From the NCBI GenBank assembly GCA_963790475.1, contig CAWBOS010000012.1:736001-800000 (forward strand): a DNA stretch of 64,000 nucleotides. The letters are read 5' to 3'. The notes beneath the pieces were generated by a model. It worked only from the letters and a program-made list of their open reading frames with translations. It did no database searches and was not told the origin of the DNA. This DNA is from an uncultured delta proteobacterium (GTDB lineage: Bacteria; Desulfobacterota; RBG-13-43-22). A program made the translations under genes and the position numbers. This document shows, one piece after another, positions 19,617 through 29,589 of the stretch (position 1 is the first letter of the stretch; each line of letters begins with the position of its first letter).

Positions 19617-21257
19617 TTAAAGTGCCTTGACCTTGTATACCTGGTTGGAGTCGGGGTCAATGACATGAATCCCGCAGGCGATGCAAGGGTCAAAGGAATG
19701 GACGGTCCGAAGTATCTCCAGGGGCTGTTTTGGATCGGCCACCGGCGTTCCGATCAGGGCCTCTTCCACCGGTCCCATCTTGCCCTTTTCATCCCTCGGG
19801 CAGAGGTTCCAGGTGGAGGGAACCACCATCTGGTAGTTTTCGATCTTCTTATCCTTGATCTTGATCCAGTGACCCAAGGCACCCCTGGCCACATCATTCA
19901 AACCGCAACCGATGGCCGTGCCCTCGGGCATCTCCCAGTGCTCATAGGTCTTGATATCCCCCCCTTTGATATGGCCGATCAGGTCGTTGATCCAGCCTTC
20001 CATGGCATTCCCGATAACCACGGTCTCCAGGCCCCTGGCCGCTGTTCGGCCCAGGGTGGAAAAAAGGGCCTCCACCGGAACTCCCAGCTTTTTCAAGGTG
20101 TCATCCACGAGGGCATTGATCCCTTTATTCCCCCTGGCATAAGCGACCAGCACTCTGGCCAGAGGTCCCACTTCACAGGGTTCTCCGTCATACCGCGGGG
20201 ATTTGAACCACGAATATTTGCCCTCCGGTCTATAATCCCCGTGCTGGGGTCTGGTTTCCCCTTCCCAGGGGTGCTTTGGGGATCCTGCTTCGTACCAGGA
20301 GTGGGCTACGTGTTCGGTCACCTTTGCTTGATCCGCCATCTTTATACCCTTCAGGTCCCTTTTCATGATCACCCCCCGGGGCAGGAAAAGGTCTTCGGGT
20401 TCCTTGTCTCCCAGAGGTAAATCACCCCAGGCCAGAAAATTGGTAGTCCCGCCGATGGCCCCCCAATCTTTATAAAAGGAAGCGACGGCCAGGAGATCGG
20501 GGATATAGACGTCTTTGATAAATTCCTGGGTTTCCTTCCAAACGTAAAAGAACTCGGTGATACGTTCAGGATTCAGGTCGGCCACGCAGGTAATACCGCC
20601 CACGACCAGAGATTGGAGATGGGGGTTCTTTCCGCCGAATATGGCGTGCATCCTGGCTGCCTTGGCCTGGAGGCGAAGGGCTTCGATATAATGGGCCGCA
20701 GCCATCAGGTTGGCCTCGGGGGGAAGTTTATAGGCCGGATGCCCCCAGTAGGCATTGTTAAAGGGGCCGAGTTGACCGCTGTCGACAAAGGTTTGGAGTC
20801 GTTGCTGCACGTTCTTGAAATAGGCCGTACCGCCGGGTGCGTTGGAGACGTTATCCGAAAGGACGGCGGTTTTGACCGGGTCTGCTTTCAAGGCGCTGAC
20901 GATGTCCACCCAATCCAAGGCATGGAGATGATAGAAATGGACCAGATGATCCTGCTGGAACTGGGCCCCGTGCAGAAGATTCCTCAGGATGCGTGCATTG
21001 TCCGGAATCCTGACTTTTACCGCATTTTCAACTGCCCTCACCGAGGACAGAGCATGGGTGTAAGTTCAAACCCCGCAGGCGCGCTGTGTAAAGTGATGGG
21101 CATCCCGGGGATCCCGGCCCTGCAAAATAATTTCGATACCCCTGAACATGGTGCCTGAACTCCAGGCATTAACCACCTTGCCCCCAGCCACCTCCACCTC
21201 GATCTTGAGGTGGCCTTCTATCCTGGTAATCGGATCAATCGTTATTTTCGTACCCAT
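19617..21257 (-). CDS. Periplasmic group 1 [NiFe]-hydrogenase large subunit, 546 aa, with in-frame TGA at codon 64 (candidate selenocysteine)
   Basis: ORFs 21066..21257 and 19617..21041 share one frame. Read-through gives DPITRIEGH...TQRACGV(TGA)TYTHALSS...HSFDPCIACGIH plus a cleavable tail. Confidence 0.9.
21032..21050 (-). promoter_or_regulatory. Candidate bacterial SECIS hairpin
   Basis: mRNA CUGUCCUC-GGU-GAGGGCAG forms an 8 bp stem (one G-U pair) with a G-first apical loop. The stem begins 15 nt after the UGA. Confidence 0.7.
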
Positions 21258-21323
21258 AGGATCTCCTTAAATTCTTTTCTAAAGTTCTAAGATAAAAACA
21301 ATGTCATCCGCCATGGCTGGAGA

Positions 21324-22268
21324 CTAACTCTTTATATTCTCTCTGTAAAAGGGCGTCATCTCATCCCAAAAATTGGGTTCGCTGCAGCCGATGCAGGGAT
21401 GTCCGGCCTGAATAGGCCAACTGGTGCCTCCATGGAACTTGACCGTCGGGCAATTATTATAAGTTTCAGGACCTTTACAGCCCATCTTGTAGAGGCAATA
21501 ACCCATGCGGGCCTCGATTGAACCGAATTCAAGAACAAAATTATTGGCTTCAAAATAGGATCTTCGCGGGCACTGGTCATGAATCGTGTTGCCGTAGGCA
21601 AAGAGAGGACGCCCCAGGTCGTCCAGGGCCGGAAGTTTGCCCAGAAGGAGATAATTGACCACGGTCCCTACCAGATTGACCGGGTTGGGGGGACAACCCG
21701 AGATATTGACCGGCTTTATCCCCAGGGCCTCTCCGACACTTTTGTACCCGCCGGGGTTGGGCTTGGCTGCCTGAATGCCTCCGAAACAGGCACAGGTACC
21801 CATGCAGACCACGGCCAGGGCCTGGGGGCAGACTTCCCGGGCGATTTCCAGGAAGGGCCGGCCGGCAATTTTTCCGTAAGCCCCGTCATACTTGGTGGCG
21901 ATGGCGCCATCAACAATGCAAATGAATTGCCCTTTGTATTTTTTAACTGCGGCCTTCAGATTTTCTTCAGCCTGATGCCCTGCTGCGGCCATGATCGTTT
22001 CGTGGTATTCTATGTCGAGAATATCCAGAACCAGGTCGGCAACCCAGGGATACATGGATCTCAAGAGGGCCTCCGTACAGCCGGTACACACCCCGAAGGA
22101 GAGCCAGATCACCGGAGGCCGCTGTTTGGGCGCGGCGAAGACCTCGGCCACTTTCGGGACGAACGATGACGAGAGCCCCAGGGTGGCGGTAAGAAGGGTA
22201 CAGAACTTCATGAAGTCTCTCCTCGAGACTCCTTTTTGCTCCAGTCGTTTATAGAAATCCTTTTCCAT
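21324..22268 (-). CDS. Periplasmic [NiFe]-hydrogenase small subunit (Tat signal)
   Basis: SRRDFMKFC Tat motif, CTGC, GCPPNP, HDQC..CLYKMGC and WPIQAGHPC (Pro indicates a [3Fe-4S] medial cluster). Start at ATG 22268 after GGAGG. Confidence 0.95.
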   Translation of the reverse strand: MEKDFYKRLEQKGVSRRDFMKFCTLLTATLGLSSSFVPKVAEVFAAPKQRPPVIWLSFGVCTGCTEALLRSMYPWVADLVLDILDIEYHETIMAAAGHQAEENLKAAVKKYKGQFICIVDGAIATKYDGAYGKIAGRPFLEIAREVCPQALAVVCMGTCACFGGIQAAKPNPGGYKSVGEALGIKPVNISGCPPNPVNLVGTVVNYLLLGKLPALDDLGRPLFAYGNTIHDQCPRRSYFEANNFVLEFGSIEARMGYCLYKMGCKGPETYNNCPTVKFHGGTSWPIQAGHPCIGCSEPNFWDEMTPFYRENIKS

Positions 22269-22287
22269 TGTCACCTCCTGAAAACAA

Positions 22288-23100
22288 TTATTCTTTTGGT
22301 CCAATTGGTATCATTCCTCTCTTTTCAATGATCTCCTTCCCTTTGTCCGACAGGGCGAAGTCAATGAAGGCCTTGGCCGCTCCCGCCGGTTTCCCCTTGG
22401 TGACAAAGGAAAATTCTTGAAAATAAGGATACCCTTTGTCCTTCGGGGAAAGACCATTGACTTTGACCGTCTTGACTCCTCCTGCTTTTCCTATGGCCCC
22501 CTGGGTAACGAAAGAAATGGCCGCGGGAAAACGTTTGACTACTTCCAAGGCCATGGTGGAAAGATTAGTCATGATGTCATAATGGGTCTCTTTTCGTTTC
22601 ATGGCCAGATGTCCGAAATTCTCGTAGGCGGCGGTGTTTTTCCCGGGAACGACCAGAACAATCATCTCCTCCGGCCGGCCTAATTGTTTCCAGTTGGTGA
22701 TTTTTTTGCCGAAGATATTCCGGAGTTGTTCTTCAGATAGATTAGCCAGCCGATTCCTGGCGTTGACAATAATCGCCAAAGGGTCTTTGCCGAAGAGCGT
22801 CTCCACAAATCCGCCCTCCTTAAGGGGGTATGTCCCCCCCCGGGCTATACTGGAGATGTCGCTCTGTCCGGACATGAGACGGTTCACCGCGACGGAAGAA
22901 GAGGACACATACAACTCCACATCAATCCCCGTGGCTTTGGTAAAAAGCTCAAGCCTTTCCTTTTCAAAGGCTTCGTAAACCTGGGAAGAGCAACTGTACC
23001 TCAATTTTTCTTGGGCCTGGACGGCCGGAGTCAGGAGCATGATCCAAGAAACCAGGATGGAGGCCACAACCGTTACAACCAATGCCAATCTTCTTATCAT
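22288..23100 (-). CDS. Periplasmic binding protein (PstS/PBP2-like fold), first gene of the hydrogenase operon
   Basis: Signal peptide; DPLAIIVN, QLRNIFGKKITNWKQLG and AKAFIDFALS resemble the phosphate-binding protein family. No ABC permease nearby. Confidence 0.8.
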   Translation of the reverse strand: MIRRLALVVTVVASILVSWIMLLTPAVQAQEKLRYSCSSQVYEAFEKERLELFTKATGIDVELYVSSSSVAVNRLMSGQSDISSIARGGTYPLKEGGFVETLFGKDPLAIIVNARNRLANLSEEQLRNIFGKKITNWKQLGRPEEMIVLVVPGKNTAAYENFGHLAMKRKETHYDIMTNLSTMALEVVKRFPAAISFVTQGAIGKAGGVKTVKVNGLSPKDKGYPYFQEFSFVTKGKPAGAAKAFIDFALSDKGKEIIEKRGMIPIGPKE

Positions 23101-23828
23101 GATTCCTCCTGTTTAATAATGGTCAAAAGGCCTGATAAAGGTGAATCGCCGCGACCCCAGCGGGAGGTCCCCTAAGACACAATCCTTCAAATAATAGGGG
23201 GGTTCCCTGAGCATGAAACATACGGGTGAAATTTTTGGAATTTTTTGTTAGGTCTTTATTGTCCGGACAAAAGGAGTTCATCTGCCTGGGAGGGACTTTG
23301 GTTAAATAAATGTTTCCCGACACATTCGGATTAAGAAATCGACCCAAGGGATGGATTCCTCTTTCATAGAAGTGATCCGAAAAAGGGGGAAAATGACTCT
23401 TTTCCGGACCTTTTATTACCAATTATTCCTTTGGCCGGCCAAATAGCTATTTCGGAGCGACGGCCTTTGTATTTAAGGCAAAAAATTGTCAAGCAGGGAT
23501 TGTTTGCTTATATTCACTTCAGCCGGCATCATATCCGACAGATTTCTTCCAAAACAACAAAAAGTGAACTTCACAAATTACATTTGATAAGATAAAGAGA
23601 TTGGACTGCAACCAATAGGTTTAAGTTTGCCTATGTATAAATCGGAAGGAATAAGGTGTCAAGTGAAAAAAATTACGACCTTCAATTGCAAGGGGCGAGA
23701 GGCTTAAGGGTCGAGCCAGAGAAAGCTTATTGTAAAAACAAAAAAAGGATATTCGTGCAGAGGGGCTTAATCATTTCTGCACGAACATCCCTTTTTGCTT
23801 CTCGGACTTACAACTTCCCCGGCTTGGC

Positions 23829-24719
23829 CTACCAGATTTCCGTCTCCAGTCGGGATAAGATCCAACGGAGCTGCTTCTCACTCAGCTCACCCACATGCTC
23901 CTTAATCCAAAGCAGGTCTCCGGAAATGATAGCGGCCTTGGCCTCATTGGAGATCCGATAATCTCCCAGGGCAAAGGACCCCTGCTGCATCAAATCAGTC
24001 CAGAAACCCCGGTCTTCCCCTGCCCTCTCCAGGACCTGGGCCACCTCCCGTTTCTCAATCACTGTGGCCTCCGTCTCCATCAGAGACAGAATCGAACGAA
24101 ATTGCTTTTCGCTCAGATGATCGAGGTTTTCATTAATCCATTGGAACTCCCCGCCGACAATCGCGTTCTTGGCCTCCATGGAAATCTGGCCGTTTCCCAG
24201 ATTCTCGAAACCGCTCAATACATCCTGTCTGAAGACTTTATCCATTGTCGCCCGATCCGGGAGGGATGGCGTTTCCCTTTTTGAAGGGGTCTCCTTGAGC
24301 ATTGGACCATATCTTTCTTTCAAAGCACCCTGGACCGAATCGACGAATTCGTTCTTGGTAAAGGGTTTGGAAAGATAGTCAAAAACTCCGATTTTCATAG
24401 CCCCGACGGCCGAGGGCACACTCCCATACCCGGTGATGATGATTACCGGGAGTTCCGGATTTTTTCCTTTGGCCCTTTTGACCACTTCCATACCATCGAT
24501 ATCCGGAAGCCGCAGATCGGCTACCAGCAAGTCGTAGGGTTTTTGGCCGAAATAATCCAAGGCCCCCTGGCCGGTAGTGGCGTAGTCGACGGTATAACCC
24601 TCTTTGGTTAGAATTTTCTCCAGTCCTTTCCCGAGGGTCATTTCATCATCCACCAATAAAATCTTAGGGGGAGGATTCGATCCTTTATAATCTGTAGAAA
24701 CACTCATATTTCCTCTCAT
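23829..24719 (-). CDS. Response regulator with receiver domain and duplicated unknown C-terminal module
   Basis: ILLVDDE, ADLRLP, IITGY and LSKPF receiver motifs; two copies of EAKxAIxxGxxxWI...LSEKQxRxILS. Confidence 0.85.
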   Translation of the reverse strand: MRGNMSVSTDYKGSNPPPKILLVDDEMTLGKGLEKILTKEGYTVDYATTGQGALDYFGQKPYDLLVADLRLPDIDGMEVVKRAKGKNPELPVIIITGYGSVPSAVGAMKIGVFDYLSKPFTKNEFVDSVQGALKERYGPMLKETPSKRETPSLPDRATMDKVFRQDVLSGFENLGNGQISMEAKNAIVGGEFQWINENLDHLSEKQFRSILSLMETEATVIEKREVAQVLERAGEDRGFWTDLMQQGSFALGDYRISNEAKAAIISGDLLWIKEHVGELSEKQLRWILSRLETEIW

Positions 24720-24798
24720 GGTCTTTCTCCTTTCTTATATAAATCAATGAAGTTATCGTAAACAAGGTTTGTATATTAACGCTTCATAATTTAGTATA

Positions 24799-24814
24799 AG
24801 CAAAAGACATTCCA
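24799..24814 (-). promoter_or_regulatory. Sigma-54 promoter candidate
   Basis: Minus strand TGGAAT-GTCTT-TTGCT (GG-N10-GC), about 80 bp upstream of the response regulator. Confidence 0.6.
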
Positions 24815-24915
24815 AAGAAGACAAATCCTTAAAATAATTTCACTTACATAACAGGCTATAATCATTAAATATTTTCATTTGAAGGAAAAGAGGCTAGCCC
24901 GGTCGGAAAGAGAAA

Positions 24916-25001
24916 TGTAAGACCAGTCGTACAGTAAAAAAGAAAGAATAAAAAATTTCTGATGGAAATCCTATGGTTGATTGAGTAAGACTCCCCTTAC
25001 A
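24916..25001. promoter_or_regulatory. Two candidate enhancer (bEBP) binding sites
   Basis: TGTAAGACCAGTCGTACA (24916-24933) and AGTAAGACTCCCCTTACA (24984-25001) resemble each other and lie 100-190 bp upstream of the sigma-54 site. Confidence 0.4.
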
Positions 25002-25023
25002 GGTTTGTTCCGGTCTTGTATAG

Positions 25024-25790
25024 TCAACGGATCGTTTTTGAACCCTTGGCTTTCAAACCGTATCGTTTGATGAGGGAATGAAAATAGGGCCTTTGCATAC
25101 CGACCCTCAGGGCCGCCTGAGTTATATTCCCCTGGCAGGCCTCAAGGGCCTTAACGAGAAACATCTTTTCAACCACCTCGTAGGTTTCCTTAATTAGGTG
25201 CTGCTTGAAGTCCCTCAGTTCCTCGGTGGTTTCAGGGACCCGATCGGCTTTCGTACCTCCCCGCAGCCTTGTTGAAAACATGGGAAACACATTTTCCAGG
25301 GTTCTTCCTTCGGCCAGGATGACCAGGCGTTCGACGATGTTTTTGAGCTCACGAACATTCCCCGGCCAATCATATTGGGCCAGGGCTTCCAGGGCCTCAA
25401 CACTGAACCCTTCAACCTTCTTCCCCGTCTTTCGGCAAAAAAGCTTTAAGAAGAAATAAGCCAGCCGGGGGATATCGTCCCTTCGTTCCCGCAGAGGGGG
25501 AATGAAGATCGGAAATACGTTCAGCCGGTAATAAAGATCTTCCCTGAATTGGCCCTTTTCCACCAGCGTCTTAAGATCCCGATTGGTGGCTGATATGATC
25601 CGGACATCGCTTTTTTTGATCCGGCTTCCGCCGACGGGTTTGTATTCCTGTGCCCCTGCAGAATGGCCTCGAGGCCTGCCTGACCATTAGGGCAGATGTC
25701 GACCAAATGCCCTTTGTTACTGAGGGACAAACGGCAGCCTTCACGAATGGAACGTTCGTCGTCGATGACCAGGATATTAAGAGGGTTCAC
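25024..25790 (-). pseudogene. NtrC-family sigma-54 response regulator with large internal deletion
   Basis: Receiver start (ILVIDDERSI) is joined out of frame to QEYKPVGGS...ISATNRDL...FREDLYYRLNV...WPGNVREL plus a Fis HTH. Walker A, GAFTGA and Walker B are missing. Confidence 0.85.
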
Positions 25791-26311
25791 CTTGTCGGTC
25801 CTCAGAAGAGGGGTTTACTTCTCCGGCCTGGACCGGCAGAGTAATGGAAAAGTGCGTCCCGCTTCCGGGCAGGCTGGAAACCTCGATCTGCCCTTGATGA
25901 TTTTGGATAATGCCGAAACTGACCGATAACAGAGGCCGCTCCCTGAAAAAATCCAGAAGCTCCTGAATGACGAAAACTCCCGGGGTACTGGATGCGGGGA
26001 TTCTTTTCAATGTCGCGGATCAGGATCACCTTATTTAATTTACACAGATCGGTAATAATGGTTTCGCTGGAGACCTGCCCTTTGGAAAGATACCGCTCGC
26101 TGAGACCGTGAGCGGCAAAAAGATCCATTTCATGGGATTCAAGATTGAGGATGCGGATAAGGGCGCCCCTGGCCTGAAGGAGCTCGGTAGACTTCTTGAC
26201 CACCAGGGACAAAACTTCATCGACCTTGGTGCTGGAGTGCACGGATCGGCTGATGTCTCTGAAGGTCCGATAAAAGACCTCGAAAATGTTGGAGGAGGCT
26301 TTCACTTTCAA
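25777..26311 (-). pseudogene. GAF-domain sensor histidine kinase with large internal deletion
   Basis: GAF start (AAHGLSERYLSKG...NPRIQYP) is joined to the HATPase tail (LSVSFGIIQNHQGQIEVSS..GSGTHFSITLP). HisKA is absent. Confidence 0.75.
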
Positions 26312-26342
26312 CTGACCCTCCTTTATCCCTTTTTTAAAGAAC

Positions 26343-27204
26343 CTAATGGCGACCCAAGGAGAGCTGCCTAGGATATCGATGATTGTTTCAGCCTGATTCA
26401 TGGTATAAAAATGGAAATAGCGGATACCCTGTCTGATCAGGTCGGCGCACTGCTCAATGGCAAATTCCCGGCCATAAGCCCGGCATCTTCCGGGGAAGCC
26501 TTTTCCATGCGGGCAACCAGTGAATCGGGGATGGTGGCACCGCACTTCCGGCAGAATTCGCGGTTCTCTTAATATCGAGATCGGCATAATACCAGGGATA
26601 ATAGGTATGGGATGCCGATCTTCTCCGCCCGCTCCAGAAAATCATAGTAAAAATGATTGTCGAAAAACATCTGGGTAATTGCGAAATGGGCCCCGCTGTC
26701 AATCTTTCTTTTGGTGAATAACAGGTCCTTTTCCAGGCTTGATGCTTCGATATGACCTTCAGGATAACAGGCGACGCCTATCGAAAAGGCCGGTATGTTG
26801 CCGTCAGATCTACCAAGTCTTTAGCACAGGTCAAACAATCATCAGGAAAATCGGTCTCGCTGGTCCCTTGCGGAAAGTCTCCTCTGAGGGCCAGCACATT
26901 TTCAATGCCCCGGTGTCGGTAATGGTCAAGGATGGTTTTCAAATCCCCATTGCTCTGGCCGATGCAGGTCAGGTGGGGCATGGCGGTGAACGGAGTCTCT
27001 TCTTGGATGCGTTCGACCAGGCCGGCGGTATTCTTCCTGGTGCTTCCCCCGGCCCCATAGGTCACCGACACAAAATCGGGTTCGAGGGCCTCCAGTTTCT
27101 TGATCACGGGGAGTAATCTGTTTTCTCCGGACGGGTCCTTCGGGAGGGAAGAATTCAAAGGAAACACTCTTCCCTTGATTCTTGATGATCTCGTGTATCT
27201 TCAT
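26343..27204 (-). pseudogene. metF: Methylenetetrahydrofolate reductase, multiply frameshifted (3' end approximate)
   Basis: SFEFFPP, FVSVTYGAGG, PHLTC, LALRGD, ITQMFFDN and HFYTMN motifs are spread over several frames. Confidence 0.85.
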
Positions 27205-27252
27205 GAAAATACACTTCCGTCAAAGGAGGGATAAGACGGGCAAATCTCTCAG

Positions 27253-27397
27253 AGAGAGCAGTTGAAAAACATTCCCTTTTGCCCGATCTCAGCGTCAGAC
27301 TCAAATTTTACTCCTCGAAATAGCTTCATGTATTTCTGCGGTTAAAATTCTCGTCTTCCATGACCTTGAACAAATTGAACGTTTTTCAAAGCTCTCT
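27253..27397. repeat. ~145 bp MITE-like dispersed element with terminal inverted repeats
   Basis: AGAGAGCAGTTGAAAAAC ... GTTTTTCAAAGCTCTCT; its right end recurs at 62171..62213. Confidence 0.65.
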
Positions 27398-27449
27398 CAA
27401 GACAGTTATGAGGTCCTCGACCTGACAGTGGATAGTCAGGCAATTTTTC

Positions 27450-27485
27450 CTCTGTCCTCTCTCCAGGTTTGGAGAGAGGACAGAG
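27450..27485. terminator. Perfect 16 bp hairpin just downstream of hoxH (terminator or mRNA-stabilising stem)
   Basis: CTCTGTCCTCTCTCCA-ggtt-TGGAGAGAGGACAGAG; no clear U-tract on the minus strand. Confidence 0.55.
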
Positions 27486-27499
27486 TTGTGAGGGAGGGT

Positions 27500-28919
27500 T
27501 TAACGTTCAACGTGATCGATCAGAGTACCATCCTCCTCCCTTAGCTCGATAATCATCGGCATGGCCCCAATGGCATGGGTGGAGCAGGAAAAACAGGGAT
27601 CATAGGCCCGGATGGCCGCTTCCACCCGGTTCAACATGCCCTCGGTCAATTTCTTCCCATCCACAAAGGACTTGGCCACCATTTCCACGGATTTATTGAT
27701 GGCCCAATTGTTATGCCCGGTAGCGACAATCAGATTGACCTTGGTCAACATCCCGTTTTTGTCGGTTTTATAATGATGGAACAGGGTCCCCCGAGGGGCC
27801 TCTAAACATCCCACCCCTTCACCGGTCAGACTATTCGATTCCGTCACCAGATTCGTGGAAAGGACCTCCGGGTCCATGAGGATTTCTTTGGCTCGTTCTA
27901 TGGCATAAAGGTCTTCAATCAGGCGGGCGTAGTGATACCATAAGGTGCCCTCTACCGGTTTACCTCCCCCCAGGGCCTTAAAATTTCCGAATTCCTCATT
28001 GGCCAGAGGGGTATTGATTTTTTCAGCCACATTCAGCCGGCCCAAAGGTCCGACCCGGTAGGTGCCCTCAGGATAGCCCATCTTGCGGTAATAAGGGAAT
28101 TTCAGATAGGACCAATCTTCCACATGCTCGGCAATAACCTCCAGATAATTTTGGGGATCGAATTCCTCCAGCGTTTTCCCGGTCTTGTCCGTTAAACGAA
28201 TCCGGCCGTCGTACAACTGCAATCCCCCCTGTTCGTCTACCATCCCCATGTAGCCTGACGAAAAAACCGCATATTTATCCACCAAATCCCGGTTGGCCTC
28301 AAACCAACCTTTAGCCACGGTTAAGGCGAGTCTTAATCGTCTCCATCACCTCATCAATCCGGCTCAAAAGATCGTCACAATCTTCGGCGGAAAGAGGGGC
28401 ATTAACCCCCCCGGGAATGGAATGAATGGGATGAACCCGTTTCCCGCCCAGTTTTCGGATAATTTCCTGACCGAAAGCCCTGGACTGGACCGCCTTCAAG
28501 GCCAATTCCGGATTGGCCTGGATGACCCCCACCACATTTCGAATGGCCGGGTCGGCATCGAACCCCAGCAGCATATCCGGACCGGCCAACTCAAAGAAAT
28601 GCATGGAGTGGGATTGAATAAACTGCCCCATATGCATCAATTCCCGAAGGAGCTGGGCCGTTCGGGGAGGGGTCACCCCGACGATCCGGTCACAGGCCTT
28701 GGCCGAGGCCAGATGATGGCTGACCGGACAAATTCCACATATCCGTGGCGTTATTTGAAGCATTTCAAAAAAGGGACGCCCTTCGGTGAATTTCTCAAAC
28801 CCCCGAAATTCATTGACATGCATAAAGGCGTTTTCCACTTTCCCTTTGGCGCCCATATTAATGGTTACTTTGGCGTGACCCTCTATCCTGGTTACGGGTT
28901 CTATCGTGATTTTCTGCAT
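27500..28919 (-). CDS. hoxH: Cytoplasmic group 3 [NiFe]-hydrogenase large subunit, frameshift near 28330
   Basis: EPVTRIEGH and RICGICPVSH (L1) in 28311..28919; EAPRG and AYDPCFSCSTH (L2) in 27500..28318. Confidence 0.9.
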
Positions 28920-29029
28920 TTTAAATTCTCCTCATCTTGGACCCATGTACTTGCCTTAGATTATACTTAAAATTAAACACGATTCTCAGGTATTGTCAAA
29001 TATCCTCTATCGATAGACCTCTCCCCCGA

Positions 29030-29569
29030 TTAGTCGTACTTCAATACCTGGTCTTTCAAGACCGGGATACGACCTTCCAATAACTCACTGATCACAAAAT
29101 GGATGGCGTCCGCCGACGGAGGACAGCCGGGCAAATACACATCCACTTTGACCACCTGATCCAAGGGGCGGGCAAAGATCGGTTTGGCCAGTTCCTCCGA
29201 CCGGGGGATAAGACCATCCACCGTGCTCTCGGTCTCCACATAGGCCCTTCGCAGGGCATCTTCCATGTTGACTTGGTTCCTCATTAAAGGGACACCCCCC
29301 AGAACCGAGCAATCACCCAACGAGACCAGGATCTGACAGCGTTCCCGCATGACCCTGGCCACCTCCAGATGGGCCGTGTTGTTGACCGTGCCGGTCAGAA
29401 TTCCGACCGTTACGCCATCTCTCGGCGGGTGTTTCAAGTCGGTAATCGGGCTTGAAGTAATTTCAATTTTATCCAAAAGCTGGACCAGCCTCTCGTCCAT
29501 ATCCAATAAGGACATATGACATCCGGCACAAGCGGCCAGCCAATCTGTTGCAATTTTTATCTTCGCCAT
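29030..29569 (-). CDS. hoxY: Group 3 hydrogenase small subunit (single proximal cluster)
   Basis: WLAACAGCHMS, LGDC and LPGCPP motifs; about 180 aa. Confidence 0.9.
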   Translation of the reverse strand: MAKIKIATDWLAACAGCHMSLLDMDERLVQLLDKIEITSSPITDLKHPPRDGVTVGILTGTVNNTAHLEVARVMRERCQILVSLGDCSVLGGVPLMRNQVNMEDALRRAYVETESTVDGLIPRSEELAKPIFARPLDQVVKVDVYLPGCPPSADAIHFVISELLEGRIPVLKDQVLKYD

Positions 29570-29589
29570 AGATCTTTCTCCTCCCATTC

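Noticed and set aside
19617-21257. Treating 21066..21257 and 19617..21041 as two genes or a split pseudogene
   Set aside because: They share one frame, with a single TGA at a metal-ligand codon followed by a SECIS-like hairpin; better explained as one recoded gene.
23101-23700. Long leader upstream of the periplasmic hydrogenase operon as a riboswitch, Rex site or 99-aa ORF
   Set aside because: No riboswitch consensus was recognised, GTGAACTTCAC lacks the Rex spacing, and the ORF has no motif or RBS. An Rfam search would be needed.
25802-26587. MetF-GAF fusion protein
   Set aside because: The GAF part has its own RBS (AAAGGAGG) and start. The apparent fusion arises from frameshifts in decayed genes.
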